Source: Callorhinchus milii (lineage: Eukaryota). Taken from it: a DNA stretch of 64,000 nt. A program made the translations under genes and the position numbers. Positions 25,706-37,712 of the stretch are shown one piece after another (within the stretch, counting starts at the first letter, position 1; each line of letters starts with the position of its first letter). The notes under the pieces were generated by a model. The model saw nothing but the letters and a program-made list of their open reading frames with translations. It did not search any database and was not told the origin of the DNA. The stretch lies in assembly GCF_018977255.1 (NCBI RefSeq), contig NW_024704742.1, positions 7,752,001 through 7,816,000 on the forward strand, read 5' to 3'.

Positions 25706-26428
25706 TACAAATTGGTGAAGTGTTTCTTTGCATTCACCATGCTGAATAATTGTTATGATTAAACAATTTTTAACTTTTAAGTGCAGTTGGCATGTGGGAC
25801 AGATGCATCATGGAGGCACTGACTGTTTGATAACCAATTAAAAGCACATTCTCAGAATGATATATGATGACTAATTGCTGGCATTTCCAGTAGGTAACTG
25901 CTTAATAACTGAGTGAAGTATGATAAAGTATTAACTCACATAGACAGACCACGCTCAATAAATAAAGTCAAGATTGTCCTTTTCATTATTGCGTGAACAA
26001 CAGAACAGAGATTAACACCAAGTGATTCAGTGTGGGGCACAAAGAGAGGATAATTTCAAAGATCCGTACCTGCCTGAGAATGAGTCGGACATTGGATTCT
26101 TATTATATTCAGTATTAATTCGGAAGCTGGTTCTTTGAGGAGCTGCAGGCAATACCAACCTCCAAATTAAGATTGAAGTTAAGAATTTGCCAAAGCCAAA
26201 CAGCGCTTAAAAGTTAAAAATGGTTCAATCATAACAATTATTCAGGGTGGTGGATGGAAAGAAACACTTCACCAGTTTGTAATTGTGGAAAATGCTTTAC
26301 TTCAATCTTAATTTGGAGGTAAGTACTGCCCGCAGTTCTTTAAAGGAACAGGTTCCAAGTTAAGACTGAATTTAAGAATGATCTTCGACACATCAAGATC
26401 TTGAAGATTAGGAATACCTCAAGTCAAC

Positions 26429-27088
26429 ATGTTCCTCACCCCTCACGCTGCTGAAACTCTGGTCCACGCCTTTGTCACCTCAAGGCTGGACTATGGGAAC
26501 TCTCTCCTCGCCGGCCTTCCCGGCACCTCCCTCCACACTGCAGGTCATTCAGAACTCTGCAGCTCGTGTACTGTCCCGCACCAGACACCGCGACCACATC
26601 ACTCCCACCCTCGCTCGCCTCCACTGGCTCCCCATCCCCCAGAGGATTGATTTCAAGATCCTCATCCTCACCTACAAGGCCATTCATGGCCTGCTCCCTC
26701 CTACCTCTCTGACCTACTATCCCCCTACCTACCTGCCCGTACCCTCCGTTCCTCGGCTCCGGTCTGCTCCACATCCCCCGCCCCAACCGCCCTACCATCG
26801 GTGGTCGGGCCTTCAGCCTCTCAGCCCCGAGGCTCTGGAACTCTATCCCCAGTGCCTTCGCCGCTTCCTCCCTTTCCTCCTTCAAGGCCGGTCTCAAACC
26901 TTTCTCTTTGACTGAGCCTTCAGCTCCCCTCTCAACTCTCTTCCCCCTCCTCGCTCCCTCCCTTCCCTCCCCTCACCCTGACCGTTTCCCCCCTGCTCGG
27001 GCCATGACCCAACTGTACAGCGCCTTGGGACGTCCTCCTGACGTGAAAGGCGCTTTATAAATGGAATCTTGTTGTTGTTGTTGTTGTT
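26429..27088 (+). mobile_element. L2 LINE 3' fragment with (TTG)n tail
   Basis: AAETLVHAFVTSRLDYGNSLLAGLP, LQVIQNSAARVL, HITPTLARLHWLPIPQRIDFKILILTYKAIHG. Confidence 0.95.
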
Positions 27089-30000
27089 CGAGAATACATA
27101 ACTGCTGCAGTTCCATTTCAGGACAGGATCGCTGTGTACGTTGCAGATTATCCCTTTCCTGCTACAAGAAGTTCCTTTAAGGCTTTCTACCATTCTGGGA
27201 TGACTGCCAAAGTAATCAAGGGACTGGGAGAAAAAACTCACGCTGTCATCGGAGCCACATATTGACCCAGTAAACCATGGACTCAGAATGATATACCTGA
27301 TTGCAGGCTTATCCTCTCTCACCCTCTCTCTCTCTCTGTAAGGGTGGAACTTGCTTCAGAAACAAGAGGAATATTGGCATGTTCTATGAATGGGTTACAT
27401 TGTGACGATTGAGAAGACTGAAGTAATGTCTCAGTGGCTAATCCAATGGCTAATTCCTTGTCTGTAATGGAATGCACCTGCTTATCTGTGTCAGCGTAAC
27501 TCACATAGCTTTACATCAACGATATGAAATATTCTGTGGTTTTGGTGGTCAATTTTAATCCAGATTCATTGCAACACGGGATACATATGATTTCTGCCCT
27601 TTCTGCAAGATTCAGTCCAGTGATTTCACTAAACTTTGTGCAAAATTGACTTTTGAGGTCAGAGACAGCCGAAGGTGACACACAGTAACAGTAAAAGAAG
27701 ATAATGTAAATGGAGCCTGAAGTGGATTAAAGAAAATGTCCAATTTTTCCCAGTTGGACATCTTACCCATGTGTGTGGACTTCCCCCTTCCTTTGAGAAA
27801 CGACAACTGTCACTTTTAGTTGAAGAATCCACCGTTCACTACACAGTCATAAAACGAATGGGGGAATTTGATGAGTTTAGTAAATTAACCATCCACTTCC
27901 TAGGGTGGAAATATGGCTCAGTGTTTGACGTGTAAAATGCAGGCAAGCTGTGAGTACCAACACTTTTTGAAGAGAACTCTCTAATGGGAATTCATTACAC
28001 TCTCAGAATTCTATGAATTTCAAACAGATACAGTAATTTGAATTCCTCTGAATGTCAAGACTCACCTATGCTGTGTAATTACCAGATTTATGTTTTTTTA
28101 ATAAAGATTCCAGATTTTCATTGGACTTCTTTTACAAATTGCACCACTATAATGCAAAATATACAGTTGGTTATAGTTCATAATTCACACGCACTAAAAA
28201 ATGGGAAGAGTGCCTGAGACTAAGTTCGTACCAGGAACCGGTGCTATTCCTGCTCACACTGTGTTACACACCATCCGTGTCTTAGGTGACAATCAGAAAA
28301 CCTGCACCTTGACCTCCACCAATGTATAACTAGTTGCCAGATGACGCGAGATATTACAATTCAGTGGTTCAAAGTCAGTGGTATGATTTTGTCTGAAGGT
28401 CAATGGATAAAACTACTTAATGTTGTGGAACTAAGGCTGTACAGACCAAAGACAATCCAAACTTTCATCCCAGTCTTTGCTCAGTTTGGCAAAGTTATTT
28501 GGGAATGTTGTTGACTGGGGAGAAAGCAGAGTTCCAGGTTTGCATGCTCAATGCAAGTAGAAAGCTCTGATCAGCAAATGCTGTAAACTGACCATATTTT
28601 AGATGATTAAAACAATTGTCTGATAGCCATTAGTATTAAATTCTAAAACTGATTGATTTGCTGCACAACATACAATAATTTGAATTTCTCTGAATGTCAA
28701 GACTCACCTATGCTGTGTAATTACAAGATTTATGTTCTTTTTTATAAAGATTCCAGATTTTTATCGGATTTCTTTTTGAATTACACCAATGTAACGCAAA
28801 ACATACAGTTGATAAAGTGCCTTAACATGTCTTTGAGATGTCTCAAAGCCTTTCACAGGATATACCGTAAAGCAATGTGACTGCGTGTATTTTGCTTTGC
28901 CAAGTCAGCTATCAGAGGAGCCTGTAACCAGTTAATTATAATAATGATAATAATTAGCCAATATGATATGGATACAGCACCTTATCATGTCTTTGAGGTG
29001 TTTCAAAGCGCTTCACAGAATATACTGTAAAGGGAATTGACTGTATATTTTGTGGGTGAAACTCAGCAACCAATTGCCCACAGTTAGTCAAAAATAGTGG
29101 GAAAAAAGATTCATAAACTAATATTCTGTCTTACAACCTAGTGATGGGCCAGATCAGTCAGATGGATGCAAATGATCACATTGCTCAAGTAATACATTTC
29201 AATCAATGCAGAACAGCAAAGGTAATTATGATGTGCCACTCAAATGCAGAGAGGCCGAGAGCCTGTGAGATGTACAGTATGGTCAAGGCTTGTTAATACA
29301 AGGCCCATGAATCAGAAGATCCATCCTTCTTTACCAGATGACAATTTTCAAGCTCAATACGGTTTTACAATCCATGTCTCATGGAGCAGAGAATCCTCAG
29401 AATTAATGTTGTCTGCTTTACTGGCAATTGCTATGCATTCCTGTCCACTGCGTTCACTGTCAGACTGCCGATAACTCATTCCTTACAGGAAAATCCCCAG
29501 CCTACACCTAGCAGGATGGATGATCTATTTACAAACATGATTACCCTTTGCTGAACACCCTCAGCAATGGGTTCGGATCTGTTCCTACCCGACTGTAAAG
29601 TTCGAAATATGTGAAGATAGTGATCAAAGAACATGGCAGTCACAGGGGGAGTGAACATGGATATTACCTTTTTTTAAATTAAATTGGGATTTGCACTCTC
29701 GAAAAAACAAGAGTGTGATTCGATGTGAATGTGGGATCTGTGTTCAAATATAGCCTACTGGGGTCAAAGCAGCCGTGTATTTGATCTATGTATGTCTGCA
29801 CGTGAATGGCATGGGGTATGCAAATCAGTTGCTGTTATTAACCCATGGATCAGTCATTGACTTCCCAAGAGGCCCCGAATGAAATAGGTTAAGTGGGAGA
29901 GTTTCCCATTTTTTTCTCCAGGAATATTATATTTTATCGCTGCTGTTCTGGCCAGGCTATTAGAGAGCATTTGCTACTCACTTTAAAAGCAAATCACCTG

Positions 30001-31424
30001 CTCCCAATGATTACTGTGTTGTGACTTGGTTTAATTCAGACAAACGGCTCCTGCAACACTCACCCCTCCAAAAGCAAAACAATTCATTGTGTTTGTTTGG
30101 GAGTTATTCATATAGGAAATTGGCACAAATTTATTTAACACAATCTGCTTTGGTCTATCTAGCCCAGTAATTCTCAAACAAGTTTTTTAGGGTGGCCTTT
30201 TTCGGGTGACAAAGCCAAATTAATTTAAAAACAAGTTTGAATTAATAAATCTAAAATAATAATCGTCGAGTCTGAGGCAGAGCCCTTAAGATCAAAACAT
30301 CTCAATCCTCTTCACAGGTAATTGCTGTCAAATATAAATAAACACGGTAATGAGATTTCTGGATGAAGACAACCGTGTGAAGGTGATATCCCTCCGTTTC
30401 ATTTGTTTGAAAGATTTCAATTCTTCTCAGATCAATATTGTTGGAAAAGAAAGTTAAAAAGCCGTGCTGTTGACCTGAGAGGGTGAGTGGACATTGCATC
30501 AGTAGATACTCTCCAATTTGTTGGTACAGTGGCTGTTAATAGAGTAATGTTGACCACACTAAATGATGCCGGTGGAAAGGAACCAAACATTTTTCGGGTC
30601 TCTGCAGGTTTCTCAGGTTGGCTTTGTACCTGAACAGGCGCGCAAGCATTTCAGCTGCAAGTCAAGCCTGTGCTAATGTTTCATGAGAAGTGATTAATGT
30701 GTTTTGACAACATCAGTGGATTGCATATTTAATTAGATTATACATCTGCTGTATCGCATACATCTGCAGTTAAGAAATAATATCCGTTGTGAAAAATGTC
30801 ATCGGCAAAGTCGCAGGAATTTTGATCCCTGACAATTTTCATTTGCTACAAAATGACACGGGATTAACTTCCTCTTCTCCTTCTGCTGATTGATCATTTC
30901 GGTGCTTTCCTTAATTTCTTTCATTCTTTCGTTTCTTTTCTCATCTCTTATTCTATTATCTGTTTTCCTTCTTCCTATTTACCTTTCTATTTATCTACGA
31001 AACCGGTGCTGTTCGCTGAAAGTCTGACCGTAGGTTTCCCTGTGTCTTTGACTTGTCCTGATATAGTTCCATCATTTGTAAATTTGCTGTAATGGCACAT
31101 TCTTTCACAAGTTACAATGAAAAGTTCCACGTTATAAACAGCAGGTTGATTCAACTGGTAAAGGTATTCCACCTGTCAAACGAATTGAACCATGTTTGTG
31201 CACTTGTACTATATTGTAGCTTTTGAGGTGCAATAAATTTGCTTTAACAAGTATAATAGGAAGCTTTTACATTGAAGTGCAGCAAATTACAACTCCTTGT
31301 TAAACGCCCAGGAGATTGTACTTCTGTCATCTGCTTGTGCAGCTGAAGAGTCCTCTGGATCCAAGTCCTCTGGCAGGTATCAGTATCAATTTAGTTGTTA
31401 TAATAATAATTGTTGTATGTGACA

Positions 31425-31712
31425 CAGCGCCTATAACACTTCACAAAGTTTCTGTTAAGTGTAACGTGCATCTATAGGTGAGCACAGCAGCTCCTTTGGG
31501 CCCAGCAATGTTTCACAAACAGTCATGAATTGAGTGATCAATTTACTTGGGAGATTGATAGCCAGGACCCTGGGAGAAACTCTCTTACAGTTTCAAATAG
31601 TGTTTGGGGATTTTTAACACTCATCTGAACAGGCAGACGGAAACTCGATTTAACATCTGCTCTGAATGACGGTACCTTTGAGAATGCAGCGCCTCACACA
31701 GAAGTGTTTCTA
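31425..31712 (-). mobile_element. Old DeuSINE fragment
   Basis: gccaggaccctgggagaaactc...ttcaaatagtg...catctgaacaggcagacgg...gatttaacatct. Confidence 0.72.
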
Positions 31713-31724
31713 AGTTGTTGGCTG

Positions 31725-32000
31725 AACGACAACAACAAAATTACATTTCTATAGCGCCTTTCACTTCGGGAGGACGTCCCAAGGTGCTGGACAATCAATG
31801 TTTTAGACCCGAGCTGGGTGTTGGGTTCGGGGAGTGTGGAGGGCAGGGGGGGAAGGAGGGTGAGAACAGTGTCAGAAGGCCTGCGCAGCAATGGTGGGGC
31901 GGGTGAGGCGGGGGAAGCAGGCTAGAACCCGCTGAGCGGAGGGAGCGGGCAGGTTGGTAATGAATTAGGAGGTCGCAGAGGTAGGGGGGAAGCAAGAAAC
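31725..32000 (-). mobile_element. L2 3' fragment
   Basis: PPYLCDLLIHYQPARSLRSAGSSLL; (AAC)n tail on the + strand. Confidence 0.85.
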
Positions 32001-34228
32001 CCCTTCCTGAACAAGGTTTGTTGAAGTCAATTCCCAGAAGAAATTCCTCAGCAGTAACCTCATCGAGAGGTTCAGGTAACATGGCTAAACCATGAGACAG
32101 AAGTACAAGTGGTTTATAAATAACTTCTCAACCCCAAGATGAAAGTAAAGCTTTGAAATGACCGAAGGAATGTACTTCTGTTCGAAGATGATCTGTAAAG
32201 CTCATGGGGTGGTACAACTCTATTAAGGATGGAGTCGTACTTGCCAGTAATAGTTGTCGTGGTAAATTCAGACTCCCTGTGACTAATGTCTACACTGCAG
32301 AATTAATAATTTGATAGAATCAATGGCGTTTGTTTATTGCTAAACAAGTTGATTTTCAAGAAATAATACGTTGGGTTATGTATTAAATGGCTTTACTTCA
32401 TACGTGGAGAAGATTGATTGCAGTGTCTCAGTTGTAGTTCTTAAAGGGATGCTGTCTTTATCTTGCATACCGAATTTCGGAAACAGCTGTAACTGTCTGC
32501 CTATGACCTCCGCAGTAACACATGCAGAGAAATATTTCCAAAAGCAATGACATTTATTGCAGTTTGAAATACTGTGAAATGTTAGAAATGTCTTTTCCCT
32601 AAATTGCCTACAAACTAAAGTGCTCAACACTCACAACTCTCTACCGTGAATCCTGAGAAGCCCTTCGAGGCATTTAGATGGCGTGTTAAGGCAAATGCAA
32701 GGATTATTATTAATAATTGCATATTTCCCCAAATAAATAAATGGATGAAATATCCTCAATCAGAAAATCTAAAATCTTATATATAGTTATATACACACAC
32801 ATATATATATATATTGTCCTTACAAAAGCTGGTGCAGTGCCTGGCAATTCAGCCAGACGAAAATCTCTCTGTAACATTTATTCAGTCTGTACCATTTTCT
32901 GTAACTTGCCTGCACTCTGCCCTGCATAAGAGAGTGTGCAAGAAGAGACATTGGATACTCGTAGCGTTGATAGTATTTCCAAAGTCTGATGCTCTTAAAA
33001 GGGCACTGTCATCACCCTGAAGAATCATGCCACACACTTCACAGAGTTTATCCTACGCACAAAATTCCTGATGAAATTGTAAAAGACTAGGATGGCTTCA
33101 TCGAGTCACCATCAACACACTCGGCATCTGTAAACATTAACGGAAACAGAACCATAGAAAGTCAACTTCAAAGCTAAGACTGAATCTGGAAATTTCTCAA
33201 ATTCTGGATTCTCCGAAATGCCACATAAATGGTCGTAAATCTAGTAAAATCTAGCTCCTCAAATGCCTTTTATTGAAGGGCAAACCCCAACCAGGTTACA
33301 AAATACAGTACTATTCAAATATTCAATCCCCAATGCTATTGTGGCCCATTCACACCAGCGCTTGTGAATTCATACTAAGAGTTTACAGCTGTTTAACAGC
33401 AAACTCCCAATTGTGAATGGGCTAGAGCTATTTATTCCAGTTCCAATGTTTCCACAATGTCAAAGTGCCTCATGTAAATCGCCAGCCATGTGTTATGCTG
33501 AGTAAACACGCGGTGCACGTTTTCAGCTGGTAATCCTGCTCGGCACGTAAACCGACTCACAGCACAGGTAAACATAAATGCTCGAAGATTGCATTCAGTG
33601 CAGATCAGGGAGCAATTTTGTACTACTGTATAAACATAGCTCCATAGTGAGCACTCATTGATGTCCAACTGAGCAAAGCTGCTGCCCTGGTGAAATGTTC
33701 TACCTGGATCAGTGAAAAAGAATAAATCCACTGAACTGACGAGATCTGTTCCAGTTTAGCACGATGTCGGAATTGAATGATGTTCCAGACGAAAGTTTAT
33801 GTCCGAGTTGTATGAAAAGCAGTGCCTGTAATAGTGATTCGGAACAACAAAACCACAATTACACTTATAACCTCACTGCCATTGCCACGGCCAAGCAGTG
33901 CTGATTTGTTATACGACTGTGTGCACTTGATGCTGTGCAGAATTATAATTGTACTTCATAATTTGTTTCAACAACGGATAGAATAAAGTACCATCGCTAT
34001 TTGCCATATAGATATAGAACAGAGTTTGACTGAAACCATTATAAAGGGGGCAGTCTAGAAGAGCCAATATATTTGGATATTCACTTCACTGGGTCTAAAT
34101 AGCAAACTGTTCATTTGTTACATTTTCTTCAAAACATGATCAAAATTATTTTGACATAATACCATTTCCCCCACAAAAGAAAGATGCTCTGAGGATTATA
34201 AATCAGCTGTCGTTAATAACATTCACAT

Positions 34229-34557
34229 GTGGAGTCCTGTAGCTCAGTGGTTAGAGCACTTGCTTTGCAAGCGAGAGACCTGAGTTCAATTCCAGGCAGA
34301 GGGCGAAACCTTGGGCAAGTTTCCTTACTCCACACAGAGCCTAATAATAATCCCTCCAAAACCAAAAACAATAATAAATTGGTCATTTTCAATCTACGAC
34401 TGTTTGTGGGACATTGCTGTGCGCAATTGGCTGCCGCGTTCGCCCACAAATATACAGTCAATTCACTTTACAGTGTGTTCTGTGAAGCACTTTGGGACGT
34501 CCTCCCGACGTGAAAAGCGCTATATCAAATGCAAGGATTATTATTATTATCATTATT
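34229..34557 (+). mobile_element. Full-length young SINE (tRNA-Ala-like head)
   Basis: Near-identical to 36102-36428; intact A/B boxes. Confidence 0.95.
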
Positions 34558-34859
34558 CAGGATAGTACAGTTTTAGCCAAATGTAGCTCCCTTAACTTTC
34601 AGTGCTATGTAACTAAATTAAAGTACCATAAGGAAATAGCAACGATTAAATATCAGCCACAATGTGAAAGCATTAATACCAGTCTGCGTGTTGAAAGACA
34701 ACAGCTGATTTACAGCTCTTTTGAAGGTGGCAGTTGTATTGTATATCAACCACATGTGCTGATGTAAAACACTGGTGGGTATTTTGAGTAAAAACTGCAG
34801 GGCTTTGGAAGACAGTTTGACAAATTTAATATTTTTTTGAGGAAATAACAAATTGTTTA

Positions 34860-36590
34860 CATTAAAGGGAATACAGATGTTCTGTATGTGGATTTCCAGC
34901 AGATGTTTGATAAGATGCCACATAAAGAAGCATGTTGCAAAAATTAAAGCGCATGAGGGCCCAAAAATCCATCCAGTCTTATCCTGTAAAGAGTATTCTG
35001 TCTTAACATTCAAGATTGCTCAGAATTGCGGAAAATTCTTAAAGTCAGACGTAATTTGGAAGCTTTTAAAAATCTACGGAAATCTGTCATCCAAATTAAA
35101 GCTGAATTCGAATCTATGTAATCTCACAGTTTACGCCGAAATTGACTGATAGGTGGAGCTTCAGCATCTAAATTATTGATGGGAAGCGTAGATAGAGACT
35201 GCTGAAGGCCGGAAAGCACAGCGCAGAGATAAAATAAAATGTTTTTTTTACCACGACTGTTTGTGGGACACTGCTGTGTGCAACTGGCTGTCGCATTTCG
35301 CCCATAAAGTATGCAGTCAATTTGCTTTACAGTATATTCTGTGAAGCGCTTTGAGATGCCTCAAACACGTGATAAGGCGCTATATCAAATGCAAGGATTA
35401 TTATTATAGGTCAAGGAGTCAAAATTTGTTGATGATATCAAATTAGAGGGCACGGAAAACTGTAAAGAGATTCAATGGAATACCACAAGAGCTGGTGGTG
35501 AATATATTCTACTCTGCCACACATTAGCCTGTCCCCAAAGAACCTTTTCCCCTTCCTTCAATATTAAAAATAAGAAAATTGACATATAGATAAATAAAAA
35601 TAATAATAAGTTGGTCAATTAATCTACGACTGTTTGTGGGACACTGCTGTGCGCAATTGGCTGCCACGTTTCGCCCACAGAATATACAGTTGATTCACTT
35701 TACACTATATTCTGTGAAGCGTTTAGAGATACCTCAAAGACATGAAAGGCGCTCTATAAATATAATTTTGTTATTGTGTTGTTGTTGTAGTAAGTGTGTA
35801 CTTTGCAGGCGAACATACTTGCTTTTATTTGAGAAACGTGAAAGTTGGGACTGTTTACCCCTGGAGCTGTAAGAGGACCTCTCATAGAAGTCTGCAAAAT
35901 TAAGAATGATTTCAATATAAAGCAAGTCCAATAAATTATTCCCACTGATCAGAGAGTTGGTAAGAAGAAGGCAAAAATTGAGGGTTGTCCTGGAAAGAAG
36001 AACGTGCGAAAGCAGAGATTAGGAGATTTGCTTTCACACGGCAGGTTGCTAAAATATGAAATAGCTTTACCTTGCCACAAATGAAATAGCTTTACCTTGC
36101 CGTGGAGTCCTGTAGCTCAGTGGTTAGAGCACTCGCTTTGCAAGTGAGAGACCTGAGTTCAATTCCAGGCAGAGGGCGAAACCTTGGGCAAGTTTCCTTA
36201 CTCCACACAGAGCCTAATAATAATCCCTCCAAAACCAAAAACAATAATAAATTGGTCATTTTCAATCTAAGACTGTTTGTGGGACATTGCTGTGCGCAAT
36301 TGGCTGCCGCGTTCGCCCACAAATATACAGTCAATTCACTTTACAGTGTGTTCTGCGAAGCGCTTTGGGACGTCCTCCCGACGTGAAAAGCGCTATATCA
36401 AATGCAAGGATTATTATTATTATTATTATAAATGGTGTTTGAAGCTGAGGCCAAGGAGTTTACAAAGGAACTGAAGTAAAACCATAATAAGGAATACAGG
36501 AAAGAACAGGGCAATGGGATCAGTTAGGTAACTCCAGCACAGATACAATGAGCTGAATGCCTTCCTTCCGTGCGGTAAACTCTCTGAAAC
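34860..36590 (+). mobile_element. Highly decayed CR1 ORF2 broken by a MITE and three SINEs
   Basis: Colinear remnants: DVLYVDFQQMFDKMPH (~34876), SKFVDDIKL (~35418), LGLFTLEL*EDLIEVCKI (~35845), FTRQVAK (~36032) and a 3' UTR remnant (~36540). Confidence 0.65.
36102..36428 (+). mobile_element. Full-length young SINE
   Basis: Perfect anticodon-like stem-loop CTCGC-TTTGCAA-G(C/T)GAG; family body and tail. Confidence 0.95.
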
Positions 36591-37142
36591 TCAAATGCAG
36601 TGGACTTGGATTTCTCTTTAGAAATCGACTGAATTAAAATAACCTTTCTGCGATCAAGAACGTGCCTGATGAAGTCATAAAATATTTTAGACCGTGTAAC
36701 AAAGAGCCTGTGGGATCATTAATATCTTTCCAAGGCTGAGTTGAAACATGTGTAAAATGTACCTCCAGTCTCCCAGAGGAGCGCAGGGCCGGTGTCATGT
36801 TGCACTGTGGATCCATTAGCTACAAATGCCATCTAACCACAACACACTGGCTAGTGCCAAGCAAACCATTTTTTTTTTAAAAATCGACGCTTCGAGGATC
36901 AGGGTATCATCATTTCTGTAACAGGATATAAAGAGGGAGACTTGCTGTCAAAAATCCTTTTTAAAAATGTAAAATACAGTTACAAAGAATTAATCGCAAC
37001 CCAACATCTTTGCCTATATTATTATTATTATATTTCTGTCAGTTTCACTTGATTTGGATTCGAAAATTGGCTTCTGTTGCGTTTTTAACGTTTACCAGGC
37101 CTCTTCGAGTTACTGAGGCTAAAAGTCTCAGGGAGCTGAATT

Positions 37143-37712
37143 TAATAATAATATAATAATATTAATATAATCCTTGCTTTTGATATAGCGCCTTATCATG
37201 TCTTCGAGACGTCTCGAACCGCTTCAACAACAACAAAATTACATTTATAGAGCGCCTTTCACGTCAGGAGGACGTCCCAACGTGCTTCACAGAATATACT
37301 ATAAAGCGAATTGACTGTATATTTTTGTGGGCGAAACGCCAATTGCACACAGTAGTGTCCCACAAACAGTCGTGGATTGAGTGACCTAATTATTATTTTT
37401 TTAAGGGATTATTTCTATCACATTTTGCAAGAATTCCCGCTGTAACATAACACACCAGGAAGGTTTGTAGAAGAAATGAAAATATAAACCAAGAATCAGT
37501 GGTTCGAAGACATTTTTTTTAAGGGATTATTACCTCCAGAAAAGCGATCTGCCAATCGACTAACAACCAGGTTCCTACTTACTGCTGGGTAAACAAAGAG
37601 AGGCGTGAGGAGTAAGGAAACTTGCCCAATGTTTCGCCCTGCCTCGGAATCGAACCCAGGTCTTCTAGCTTGCAAGGCGAGCGCTCTAAACGACTGAGCT
37701 ACAGGACTCCAC
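37143..37712 (-). mobile_element. Older-subfamily SINE carrying two secondary insertions
   Basis: Head at 37712; L2 tail inserted at ~37225-37285; 100-bp insert at 37414-37513. Confidence 0.9.

Noticed and set aside
33700..33800. Hammerhead-like core words CTGACGA...GAAA
   Set aside because: Stem III and a correctly placed NUH cleavage triplet could not be formed.
34229..34300. tRNA-Ala-like sequences (also at 36102, 45207, 62858 and others)
   Set aside because: SINE heads: they run straight into the SINE body and lack a proper acceptor stem and terminator.
34213..34565. Recurrent near-identical ORFs (MESCSSVVRALAL..., MGKFPYSTQSL...)
   Set aside because: Open frames through young SINE copies, not a gene family.
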